Shown here piece after piece: positions 39,901 to 53,100 of a DNA stretch of 64,000 nucleotides. Every line of letters starts with the position of its first letter. Position 1 is the stretch's first letter. The stretch lies in NCBI GenBank assembly GCA_964016885.1, contig OZ024752.1:44268001-44332000 (forward strand), written 5' to 3'. A model generated the notes under the pieces. It did not search any database and was not told the DNA's origin. It saw only the letters and a program-made list of their open reading frames with translations. This stretch comes from Eledone cirrhosa. Taxonomy: Eukaryota. Position numbers and translations under genes: made by a program.

Positions 39901-42900
39901 TATGTCTGATATATTACAATATATATCATATATTTTATATTGTCTGGTATATTCCAATATATATTGTCTGGTATATTCCAATATATATTGTCTGGTATAT
40001 TCCAATATATATTGTCTGGTATATTCCAATATATATTGTCTGGTATATTCCAATATATATTGTCTGGTATATTCCAATATATATTGTCTGGTATATTCCA
40101 ATATATATTGTCTGGTATATTCCAATATATATTGTCTGGTATATTACAATATATATTATTCCATCTCTATTACTTATAGAAACACTCCCTTTTTCTTCCT
40201 TTACAGACAGCTGATCTGAGACCACCACCTATACCTTACTATTATCAAACTCCTCAAGGTCTCCATATAGACCTAAGGCTTTTTAACAAAGGTAATTCTA
40301 TAAAGATCCATACTATCTCTCTTGACAATATACAGGCTGTATCAAAAAGAATCATTCGAATTTATTTACATTATTTACAACTGCTCAATAGTTAAATAAC
40401 TTTATTCAAATTTATAAAAGTTATAAAAAAATAATAAAACTTTATATTCAGACATGAATTGTACAAGTCACCACATGATTATATGGTCGTTTGTTTGTAA
40501 AATATAGTCTTTTTGATACAGCCTGTACTATTTTTCTGTATTCTACTAATCTAAAACTATATTGAGTGAATATACTTAGAATTAATATGACAGATAGGTT
40601 GATATTTGTTTGGTTGTTAAGTATCGTATTTATTTGCCATAAATGAGAGGAAAAGGAGGGGAAGAGCAAGGACTGCTAGACAAAGGAAGGGGGAGAGGGT
40701 GACGAACTCTACACCTAGGTCTGAGTGGTGTTTCAGTTGTGCCCCATAAACAAAATGGCAAAGGTATTTCTGCAGACAATGGCCAGCTACACCTGCTACA
40801 ACAGCTTTAACTCCATTTTACTAATTTAATTTGTTATAACAACTGGTGAGAAAATTAGTAAAATTCAGTTGAAAAATACAATTTGGTTGTTTTATTTCAT
40901 TTATTCATTGAAAATTATATACCTTAAAGATTTAATTTTTTTTCCTTTTAATTTCTCGTCTAGTTTATCTTTATTTCATTGTTGTATATTTGACCCAATT
41001 AATTCATAATGAACTCATTTGCCATCTGAATAAAGACAAAACTTTTCATATTTCAGATTTAATTAATAACTGCCTACCAATTTTGAGTAATATAGTTGAT
41101 AAAGAATCAAGACACTGGCATATTCAATATCGCCAAAAATTAGTTCGAGAACTGAAAGGTAAGTCTGAAATTCATTTCAAGGAATTATAAATACCTGTTT
41201 TTTAAATATTTCATTTGTACTATGATATCTTCAATTAAAAAATTTCATTAACAAAATTACAAAATATTAGAAATGAATGATAAATGATTAGAAATAGAAG
41301 CTTTCGCCATATTTTTTTGACTAAAGAAATTTTAGCCTGATAGCGAGGTTTAGAACCCTCTAAGAAATGGAAATCAATACTCATCTTTTTCCATTTCTTA
41401 AACGGTTCTAAACCCCACTATCAGGCTAAAATTTCTTTAGTAAAAAAAAAATGACAAAAGCTTCTATTTTTTATTTCCAACTCGCTCGCTGTTTCAAAAC
41501 ATACTTGACAAAATATATATTTTTCTGTTTTGTAGCAAAGGGGCTGTCTGACAAACAGATTACTGAGGTAATTCTTTGATAATTTAAAACTTTACACATT
41601 GTTTATTTATCTATATTACAAACAGGGGAACTTAGCTAGGAACATAACACAACTTTAAAGATGAGAGGTAAAATATTGACTCTGTTGTTTATTACCATAG
41701 CAACATGGCTAGCAGTAACTCTCCAAAACTTCTTATAGTTAATAAACATTTCTAGGTGTTTTATATTCTTTATAATTCACTGTTTTTGTTTTTTCTTTAA
41801 CAGGAGGTGAATATCGCTGTAATGGCAGAATATTTGCAGCGAGTTTATCGGGCTGTGCTGAATAATGTAGAACTAGAAAACTTACAGCATGGAATAGGTA
41901 TGACAGACTTTATTTACAGTCAGGTTTATTTAGATTTTGAACAGTTTTCATGTCAGAAGCCATGAAAGTTAATTTATTGCTTTATTTTGTTATTGGAGTT
42001 TTGAAAAATCTATTTTTGTTTTAAATATCAACATTATTATTGTTGTATTGTACAGGACAACTTCTAGTTGCTCAAGCTCAGTCAGTTCTTGCCATGCAGA
42101 AAGCTGTACAGAAAATACAACAAAAGATGATTGACCACAAAGAAAAGGTATAACCTTTGACTTCTCACTAAATAGATTACTGTGGAAATAATAATACTCA
42201 GTTAATGTTAATATTGGGAATAATATTACATTAATAACTTTACAACTTAACAGTGGTTAAGTTTGTGTTAATATTGGGAATATAATTGTAATAATAACTT
42301 TACAACTTAACAGAGTGGTTGAGTATGTGTTAATATTGGGAATATTACTACGTTAATAACTTTACAACTTAACAGAGTGGTTAAGTCTGTGTTAATATTG
42401 TTTTATTTTCTATTTCTTCAGTTAATGGAACATTTGAAGGTTAAGTATCCAGTGAAATCTCGAATCCCAGCCTGGAAAAATGAGCAATTGGAACGTTTTG
42501 AAGTAAGAAACATTCGTTTTTCTTCAATTTGTTATGCACAAAATTATCATTTTGATATGTTTTATTTAATTTTTATTTTATTAGGGATTTGACATATTTA
42601 ATGATTTCTTATTTTAGGAAGAATTTATTAATCAAAATCTGTGGTCAGCCCATGATATTGCTGTAAGTCTTTGTGAAGAACAAGATTTAAAACAAGCTGT
42701 TTACTTTCTGCGAAGAGACCTCAATTTTATCAAGGAGGTAAATACATGGACATTTCTTAAAAAGTTTTCAGTAGCAATACATATCCCTTTATTTATAAAC
42801 AAAACATCTTTCCAGTTTAGGGATATTCATACTATTAATCTTCATTACCTTTGCTTCGTTCCACCTACAATACTAGTTTTTAAAGACAATTTAAAAAAAT

Positions 42901-44978
42901 TGAAAATGATTTCATTACTTGCAGAGTTATCTACCCTTATTTTTATCTACCTTTCTCTTTGACTGATTCCCTCTCTCTTTCTCTTGTGTATTCATCATTG
43001 ATCTATATATTTCTATAGCATGATCTTTTCTTTTAAAAAATCATTGCAGATGCTTTTAAATAGTTTTATAAATAATTTTGATCATTTTCCTCCACCTAAA
43101 ATATATTATCACTATCTCTTTCTCTGGAAGAAACTGACCCTGTGTAGAACTGGATAGGTTCTGTCAGGTTTAAAATGTCCCAAGACACATTGTCATGATA
43201 GCACCCCTGTGATTCCATCAGGAGTTACAGGTCTATACTATAGAGATTGTATACTGTGTGTTTATGTGTGCCCACCACATGCAAAAGAGATTTTTAAAAC
43301 TTTCATATTTTGTAGGTTTTTAAGAGTATTTTATTTGTTGTTTTTAAGTTTATGTTTAAGGAAGAAAAAGTAGACATTAACCTAAATTTAATTTAATTTT
43401 TCAGAGAGAACCAATTCTACGCAAGGAACTTGGCAAGGTTAAAGTACCAACAAGAGTTTTCACATTTGCAACAAAGATTTGGTTTCCTCAACACTGGCTT
43501 GTTGTAAGACAGTTTAGGGGTGATACAGAAGTTGTGCCAACTATTATTATGAATAGAGTGCTTGCATCCGGGCCTGCTGGCAAAAAAGAGGTAAAAGATT
43601 TCATAATTATTTCACATTCAGATAAGACATTTATTGTGAAACAGAACAAGGGATACATCTGAGCTTTAACCCTTTAGCATTTAAACTGACCATATCTGGC
43701 CAGAATTCTCTCCCCTCTTTCTGACCAAACCAGCTGTAATTGGCCACTTATACTGACGTTAAGGTATTGTTCTCAAAATAAATAACATCAACATTCGTAG
43801 ATTGTGTCTGATTGTGGTTAAATAGATTCGTTGGACATGAAGTTTGTTTTATTGCTTAGTCAAGAACCTTTCTTCACAAACCACCAACACCGTTGGGAGG
43901 GAAAGAGGAAGAAATACTGAAACTGGGGACCTGGATTAAATGACTGCAACAGAGTGTGTTCTGCTAAAGATACTAGAGTGTCAGATGGTGGTGTTAAATT
44001 TGGTAACCAATTAAGTTTATTATCCAAGTGGCAGAATTTGAACTCAGAATGTAAAGAGCCAGGACAAATACTGCAAGCCAATCCTGGTCACTGCTCTAAC
44101 AACTTCAGCAGTCCACTCTGCCCTATACTAATTCAGTATTATATTGTTAGTTTGTTCGAGTGATTTAAGAGTTACCTACCCCTGACTATAGGTACTGCTG
44201 CTGTGATGATGACTGCTGATAAAAAGCTATCTTATCCACTAATAATTCAACACAATAACAATATCGCCATAATTAATGGTGTTGGATTGCCAGAATTGGT
44301 AGATAAAATATATTTGTGGTATTTGTTGTGAGTTCAAATCCTGCTGAGGTCAACTTTACCTTTCTTCCTTCTAGGGGTTGATAAAATAAATTACCAATCA
44401 AGTGTTGGGGTTGATTTAATCAACTTTGCCCTTAATTTGCTGGTTTTGTGCCTAAATTAGAAATCAGTATTTACCATAATTATCTGTGTTCTTCATGGAA
44501 TTTAATTTACATATTTTACAGATTGATACGTACACAGTTGACAAATATTTACGGCGGAAGACCAGCACTCGTTATCCTATGTGGAGATGGTGGAACTATG
44601 TACATAGGACATGGGCCTGGATGTGGAATTCTATGTTTTTTTTCTTGGTAATTTCTGAATATTTTAAACATTAAAACTGAAAAATGTGATATCAAATGTT
44701 ATCAACCTGTATAATATCAAATGATATCAAATGTTATCACCCTTGTATTGTTAAAATATATTTCAAAGAGGATATTTTCATTGTTTTTGTAAAACTCATA
44801 TAATTGTAGTTTAAATTGTAGTCATTTTTCCAGAAATTCCTCCGTTATACCTCAATTAAACTGTTTCAGCCAACATTTGTTGTTTTGTTTCTAATCTAAT
44901 TCTCACCTCTTTGTCAGACTCTTTCTATTTCTCACTTATTTTATTTTTAATGTGTAAATATCTTCTAAATAGTGTGTT

Positions 44979-45040
<62 letters not shown>

Positions 45041-45167
45041 CATATATGTATATATACATATATGTATATGTATGTATGTATGTATATATATGTATATATA
45101 TATATACATACACATATACATATACACATATACAAGCAGGGAAAAGCGGACGTAAAATGATGATGAT

Positions 45168-45227
<60 letters not shown>

Positions 45228-48200
45228 GGCTTTAGTCTAATAACAGATGTTTTAGAGGCAGTCTATGTTAGTTTTAACTCTATTTTTATCATTGAACTTC
45301 ATCATTGTTCTATCTAGACCTCACCTATCTTTCATTTAATTATCAAACAAACTGTCATGGTTCACTTTTAAAAAAACAAAACATTATAAAATGTAAAAAA
45401 AATCAAAAATAATAAAATGTTTATTTATTTATTTTGTTTTATCGTTGTTTCTCTTTCAGGTTGTAATACCTTTGTGTAGTCCTGTTAGTTTTCGAGCATT
45501 GTTTTGTGTTCATCCATTTAAACCAGACTTGGAACTCAGTCAAATTGATGTAAGTATTTTCTATTGTTCCTTCTTTTCATACAGTATCTGTAAAGGGTCG
45601 GACAGCATGCTTTGCAGCGAAGAGTTATGGCCTTTTATGATCTGAGTTCAAATCCTGCTGAGGTTAACTTTGCCTTTTATCCTTACGGGTTCGATAAAAT
45701 AAATTACCAGTAATACACTGGGATAACTGCTGGCCTTGTGCCAAAAACAGAAACAATTATTAACCCTTTATCATTTATATTACGCTATATTTACTATTAC
45801 ATTTTCACAATAAACACTTTACCTCACATAATTATCTCACATAATATCGAATATATGAGATTTTGATATTATTTATTTTGAGAACAATAATTTAACATCA
45901 GTATGAGTGGCCAGTTACCACTGGTTTGAACAGAAAGAGGTGAGAGAATTCTGGCCGGTTTAAATGCTAAAGTTTAGTGTGCATGTGATAGTACCGTAAC
46001 TCCCGAGGGAGTTGTAGAGATGCTGTATTGACATACAACGTTTCTCAGGCATTTTAAGCCTGATGGAGCCCATCTCCTCTTCAGATCTGAACACAGGAGA
46101 TTTCTTCCCGAGAGAGAGAGGGAGGGGGGGGGGGGGAGGGAGAGTATCGACCCCATGTTGTCAAATTATGACCATTTAAAAAAAATGTTTGTTTTTCAGG
46201 GTGTTTTATATCCCAAAGAATCTTTTGTTGTACATACCCTGATATCCCGTTTACAACTGCTGTGGCAGAATGTGCATAAATCAAGATCAGATTTTGAGGC
46301 AGCTCCCCATACAGGTAACAGCATTTGTCATCAACTTAGATAATTCAGTATTTCTACTTTCTACCAGAAACTTGTTTCATCTATTCCTTGTGTAAAATAT
46401 TTTAAATGATTTAATGTAGTAAGAAACTTCTGTAACCCTTGCTAGAGAAAATTTTACTTATTATTCTGTAATGTTAGTCAGTAATGTATTATAACTATAT
46501 AATACATATATAATTTAATATATTTAGTAATGTCTTATACACCAACTAAACCTATGTCTTATACACCAACTAAACCTATGTCTTGTTGTTTTTTTTTCTC
46601 TTATTTTTTTTTCATTTTCAGGCTTTTTGGGAAAAAGTTTTACTCGTCATTTAAATCGTTTTTGGAACTTTGTATTGAAAGGTGGTTTGGGGAGTTTCTT
46701 GTTAGTCCTAGTGTTTCCTTTGCTATGTATTGTTACATCAGGACTGTCAGTCATTATGGCACTTACAGCTCCATTTTGGTAAGTATTATTTTATTTTTTA
46801 AAACAGCATCCATGACCCCTTTCAGGGTCGTCTGACATTGTAGAAAGTGAGGTAGGAGACTTGACCCCTTTCAGGGTCGTCTGACATTGTAGAAAGTGAG
46901 GTAGGAGACTTGACCCCTTTCAGGGTCGTCTGACATTGTAGAAAGTGAGGTAGGAGACTTGACCCCTTTCAGGGTCGTCTGACATTGTAGAAAGTGAGGT
47001 AGGAGACTTGACCCCTTTCAGGGTCGTCTGACATTGTAGAAAGTGAGGTAGGAGACTTGACCCCTTTCAGGGTCGTCTGACATTGTAGAAAGTGAGGTAG
47101 GAGACTTGACCCCTTTCAGGGTCGTCTGACATTGTAGAAAGTGAGGTAGGAGACTTGACCCCTTTCAGGGTCGTCTGACATTGTAGAAAGTGAGGTAGGA
47201 GACTTGACCCCTTTCAGGGTCGTCTGACATTGTAGAAAATGAGGTAGGAGACATGACTTAAATACTTGCAACAGAGTGGATTCCACTAAATAATAATATA
47301 TCGTAGCTAGTTAGTTATTATTTATACACTTGTTAATAATAATATATCGTAGCTAGTTAGTTATTATTTATACACTTGTTAATAATAATATATCGTAGCT
47401 AGTTAATTATTATTTATACACTTGTTAATAATAATATATCGTAGCTAGTTAATTATTATTTATACACTTGTTAATAATAATATATCGTAGCTAGTTAATT
47501 ATTATTTATACACTTGTTAATATTAATATATCGTAGCTAGTTAATTATTATTTATACACTTGTTAATAATAATATATCGTAGCTAGTTAATTATTATTTA
47601 TACACTTGTTAATATTAATATATCGTAGCTAGTTAATTATTATTTATACACTTGTTAATAATAATATATCGTAGCTAGTTAATTATTATTTATACACTTG
47701 TTAATATTAATATATCGTAGCTAGTTAATTATTATTTATACACTTGTTAATAATAATATATCGTAGCTAGTTAATTATTATTTATACACTTGTTAATATT
47801 AATATATCGTAGCTAGTTAATTATTATTTATACACTTGTTAATAATAATATATCGTAGCTAGTTAATTATTATTTATACACTTGTTAATATTAATATATC
47901 GTAGCTAGTTAATTATTATTTATACACTTGTTAATAATAATATATCATAGCTAGTTAGTTATTATTTATACACTTGTTAATAATAATATATCGTAGCTAG
48001 TTAATTATTATTTATACACTTGTTAATATTAATATATCGTAGCTAGTTAATTATTATTTATACACTTGTTAATAATAATATATCGTAGCTAGTTAATTAT
48101 TATTTATACACTTGTTAATAATAATATATCGTAGCTAGTTAATTATTATTTATACACTTGTTAATAATAATATATCGTAGCTAGTTAATTATTATTTATA

Positions 48201-50086
48201 CACTTGTTAATAATAATTGTTTCTACTTTTGGCACAAGGCCAGCAATTACCCAGTGCATTACTGGTACTTTATTTTATCGACCCCGTAAGGATGAAAGGC
48301 AAAGTCAACCTCGGCGGGTTAATACTTATTTATACACATATAATAATATTTATACACTTGTTAATAATAATATATCGTAGCTAGTAGTTAATTATTATAT
48401 ATCTTTTCAAACAGTATTAAAATATGTTGTGTAGGGAAGAAGAGTTGATTAAATTGGTCCCAGTATTATAATAATAATTATTATTATTATTATTTTTTCT
48501 ACTTTTGAAACAAGGCGAGCAATTATCCCAGTACATTACTGGTACTTTATTTTATTGACCCCTCTCCGTAAGGATGAAAGGCAAAGTTAACCTCAGCGGG
48601 ATTGAAAATAATAATAATAATGAAATTATTGTGTACAATACTCAGGTGTACTACATTTGATCAAAAATACAATAGTATATATATAGTAATGTAAATGGTA
48701 AAGGGTTAATGTAACTTGTCTGACATTAATGAGGATCTTAATTATGTTACATTATAATTAAGTTTTTTTTTTTTTCTTCAAGGATGCCTGTTGTAACATT
48801 ATTGGCTCACATAGCATTTTTCCTCGTTTATGATATTGACTGTCCAGGTAAGTTGTTTTAATACTATTGTTTATTATTATCATCACTGTTAAGTAGAGCG
48901 TTGAGTCAGTAGAGTGTTAAACAAAGATTTAGCAGTATTCTGGCTCTTTACATATGTGACAATGGTCGACTTATATAATTTCTATACATTCTGCTCAATA
49001 AACTATAAGAATGACATTCTGTTTTAGATATTAGCCCAGTATATTTCAGTTCAGGTTTGCAATTTAAATATTCAGCCATTGCATTCTTTAGTTTATCATC
49101 AATCTTTTTGGGACATTTTCAGTACATTTGTTAGATTTTATATATCTTTTTTTATCTAATTTTATATATATATCTTCTTTTTATCATCTAATTTTATATA
49201 TATTTTATTTTTATTATCTTTATTTTATATATATATCCTTTTTTTATTATCTAATTTTATGTATATATATATTTATTATCGAATTCCTTTCTATATATCT
49301 TCTTTTTATTATCTAATTCCTTTCACTTCATCATATCTTCTGGAAGTTTCTCTTCTTTCTGTTAAATATATCTTCTTTTTATTATCTAATTCCTTTCACT
49401 TCATCATTTCTTCTGGAAGTTTCTCTTCTTTCTGTTAAAAGTTTTTCTCACTTCCTTACTTTTCTACCTTTGTCTTGTAATTCACTTCTGTTAATCTTCT
49501 TTTCTGGTTAACTTGAGCAGTCTTTGTATATGTCTTTTTATCTCTACTGTTACCACCACCTCCTCAGGCACCACTACCACCACCGCCACTACCTCAATTA
49601 CCACCACCATAACCACCACCACCACCATAACCTCAACCGTCACCACCACCATAACCTCAACCATCACCACCACCATAACCTCAACCACCACCACCATCAC
49701 CACCACCACCTCCTCAGGCACCACTACCACCACTGCCACTACCACAATTACCACCATCACCACCTCCTCAGGCACTACTACCACCACCGCCGCTACCTCA
49801 ATTACCAACAACACCATCTCCACCACCTCCAATGTTGAGATAGTTTATTATCTAATTACTGTAATCATGCCATCGTCAGGAAGAAGTCATGCCTAGCAAA
49901 ATAAGGAATAAAACTTTAATAGAAATAAAATAAAATATTTTTGTTTGATTTGTCAAAAGGAATTTAACAATGGCGCCGCAATGGAAGTCTTTGATAGATT
50001 TTCACAAATGGAGAGTTGTCCAATTGAGATATCAAACTTTTGTGAAGCAGTTGAACAGCATTGTTTGAATATAGCCATTTCAAATT

Positions 50087-50126
<40 letters not shown>

Positions 50127-53100
50127 TTATATATATGTGTGTGTGTGTGGGGGGGGGTGTTATATATATGTGTTATATATATATATATTTGTGTGTTAAT
50201 ATATATTTGTGTGTGTATATAAATATATATATATATATTTATATATGGGTGTGTATGTATATGTGTGTGTATGTTTGTATGTGCGTGTATATATATGTGT
50301 GTGTATATTTTTTTATGTGTGTTAATATATATTTGTGTGTGTATGTATATATATATATATATATATATCATCACCATTTTATATCCATTTTCCCATGCTA
50401 GCAAGGGTTAGACGAGTTGTCCTATTGTGGGCAATACACATACCCATGTGTATGTACATACACACTCCCATATACATACATACACACACTAAATATTCTC
50501 TCTCAGAATATTTGCATCTCTTTATTGTTCATATTTTTGACATTTGGAGAGAAAAAAAATAGATTTCAAGTTTGTAGTTGAAAATTTGAACCGTTTCCGA
50601 TATTCCGTCCTGCTCCTGCCCCAATATCTCTTGACAGGCATTTCACCTTTTTCATATGCTGAGTTCAGGAAAATCTTTAGAAACTCTTTTTTAAGTCTCT
50701 GCATTATACAACTACATTTAAATGATTTATGGGGACATTATGGAGGGGCAAAAGTAACCCTATATAATGAACAGGCTTAGTAATGGTTTTTTTGAAATTT
50801 CTGGAAACCTTTCTCACAAAAGAACTATTTTCCGACCCTGTAAAAGAAGGTTGAGGCATTTGTTAGACTTTATTAACAATTGTTATATTGTCCTCTAATT
50901 TTATAGGAGTTTACATTGTAATAACTTTTGGAAACATTTTTTTTTCACGCTCAGAGTGGCTGAAGCATGGAACAAACTACCTGCATCAGTTGTTAGCTGT
51001 CGAAACACTGCACCCTTTAAGGCCTCCATGCTTCCTGAGATCCGCCAACACTACAGCTAATGTTCCCCTCCATACACATACACACATGTATACCATGACT
51101 CATACACTATTCCCTTCCCTGACATTTGTGTATTATTCTATGTACTATACATACACCTTTGACGAGTTGTAGTGCACCTGAGCACTTTACACAATAATTT
51201 CATTATTATTATTAATATCTCTGAGAAGGTTAGATGTTTCTAGTAATGTATCATCTGGTGAAGAAGAAAAATGGTGGTTATAGTGAGGGGGGGGGGGGGG
51301 GTAGGACCACACACACACACCCACACTGACAGACAGACAGACAGACAGAGAGAGACAGATATGTCATTACTTTCTTTCAGTAGGTGTTGTGTAGAATAAG
51401 GGTTAATTATTACTTGAGAACTCCTTAGCTTGGAATCTCTTCACTCATCACGTTCCTTCATCTCCTCTGTGAGTCTCAGTGATTTCAGGTCAGCTCTCAC
51501 AACCTCTACCCAGGTCTTCCACAGTCTCCCTCTACTATAGCTTCCTTCCACTAGGATTTCCTGGCACTTCTTCACCCAGCAGTCATTGAAGAGCATGCTA
51601 CATTGAATCAGTTGAGTCTGATCTGATTAAGTTTTAGCTCAAGTTATTTTTTACATCTCATAAAATGATTGATTCACTGATAACTTATTGTGTCACAGAT
51701 GAGTTTTTAACTCCTAAAAACCAGTCACAATTTCACATTTTTATCTTCAGAATAAACTATTATATCAAATAGTTTTTTTTAAATTTTATTTTCCTACTTT
51801 CAATCATCATTTGAATGAATTTGTTTATTGTTTGCAAAAGATTGATATATTTTCATTTTATAAAAGCATTGCATTATTTATAAATATATTTATTTTTATT
51901 TTAAATTCAAATAGAAATCACTTTTGGGTATGTTTAACACTGGTTTAATGTTTGTGATATGGAAGGGGAAGAGAGAGTGGGAGAGAAGTAATTTAATAGA
52001 AGACAAAAAAAAAATGAAGAATAATTTTGATAATTTAAAAAAAAATTTAATAATTCTTTTTTTTTTTTGTTTAATGTATTTTTGCAGACGTAAATATCTA
52101 ACAATATTGTTTGTCTAAATATTGTTAACGCATGAAATAACATCTATTTAACACCAATTCTAAACTGTGTATTTACTAACGAGTCTGGACACACTCTGTT
52201 GCCTTATATTTGTATGTTTATCGTTGACTACAAACCTCAGCAGCTGGGTCGGAGGGAGGCGATATATAATAGAATAGCAAATATGGAATTATCTTTAAAT
52301 AACAGATAGGGAAGGGGAAGAGAGGATGGAAGAGCAGACAGAATCTCTTAGACAACAATGAACCAATAACAATAGTTTTAATTGTAAAATAAATGTAACA
52401 CTTTTTAATGGAATATTATCCTGAAGATAAACTCCTGAACAGGAATAAGGTTTCATAAAAACAACAAAGGCTAGGTGGTGATGGTGGTGGAGAGGGGGGG
52501 GGGGGGGGGGGGCAGTTGTGGTGGTGATGGTGGTGGAGAGGGGGGGGGGGGGGGGGGCAGTTGTGGCGGTGATGGTGGTGGTGGTGGTTGTGGTGATGGT
52601 GGTGGTGGCAGTTGTGGTGGTGGTGTGCAATAAATGAATCAAAGAAAATCAATGATAAAGTTGTGGTATTCCTGTAGGGTTCGTTGGTTGTCAGAAACTA
52701 CAATTAGGAATTTTACCATATTGACAATATTCTCTCTCAAGATTTATTGATGGAAACATTTGGTGTTTTATTTTACGGAGTCGATAAAATAAAGTACCAG
52801 TCATGCACTGGAGTCGATCTAATCGACTTCCCCCTCCCCGGAATTGCTGGCCTTGTGCCTAAAGTAGAAACCATTATTTTATTTTATTGTGGTTATATTT
52901 TAATTTCTTTTGTTTTGTTTCTTTGTAAAGGAAGATGTCATAATTGGCCTAATTTCCCCCACCCTCTCATTTTCACCCCTTCCCTAATTTCCACCCCACC
53001 CACTCTCAATCCCCCCTCCCTCTCGTATTATGTAGTAAAATATTTTCCCCACTCACCAAAGAACCACAATGTCTTTCACTGTAATATATTCTTACATTGA

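Noticed and set aside
46813-47252. CRISPR-like array (49-bp repeats with hairpin)
   Set aside because: No spacers; an intronic minisatellite.
49491-49896. Mucin-like Thr-rich and His-rich ORFs
   Set aside because: (ACC)n simple repeat inside intron 21; exons 21 and 22 join in frame without it.
49945-50090. Possible extra exon or Tc1 transposase N-terminus ([20 protein letters not shown])
   Set aside because: No usable donor, not needed for the frame, and too short to assign.
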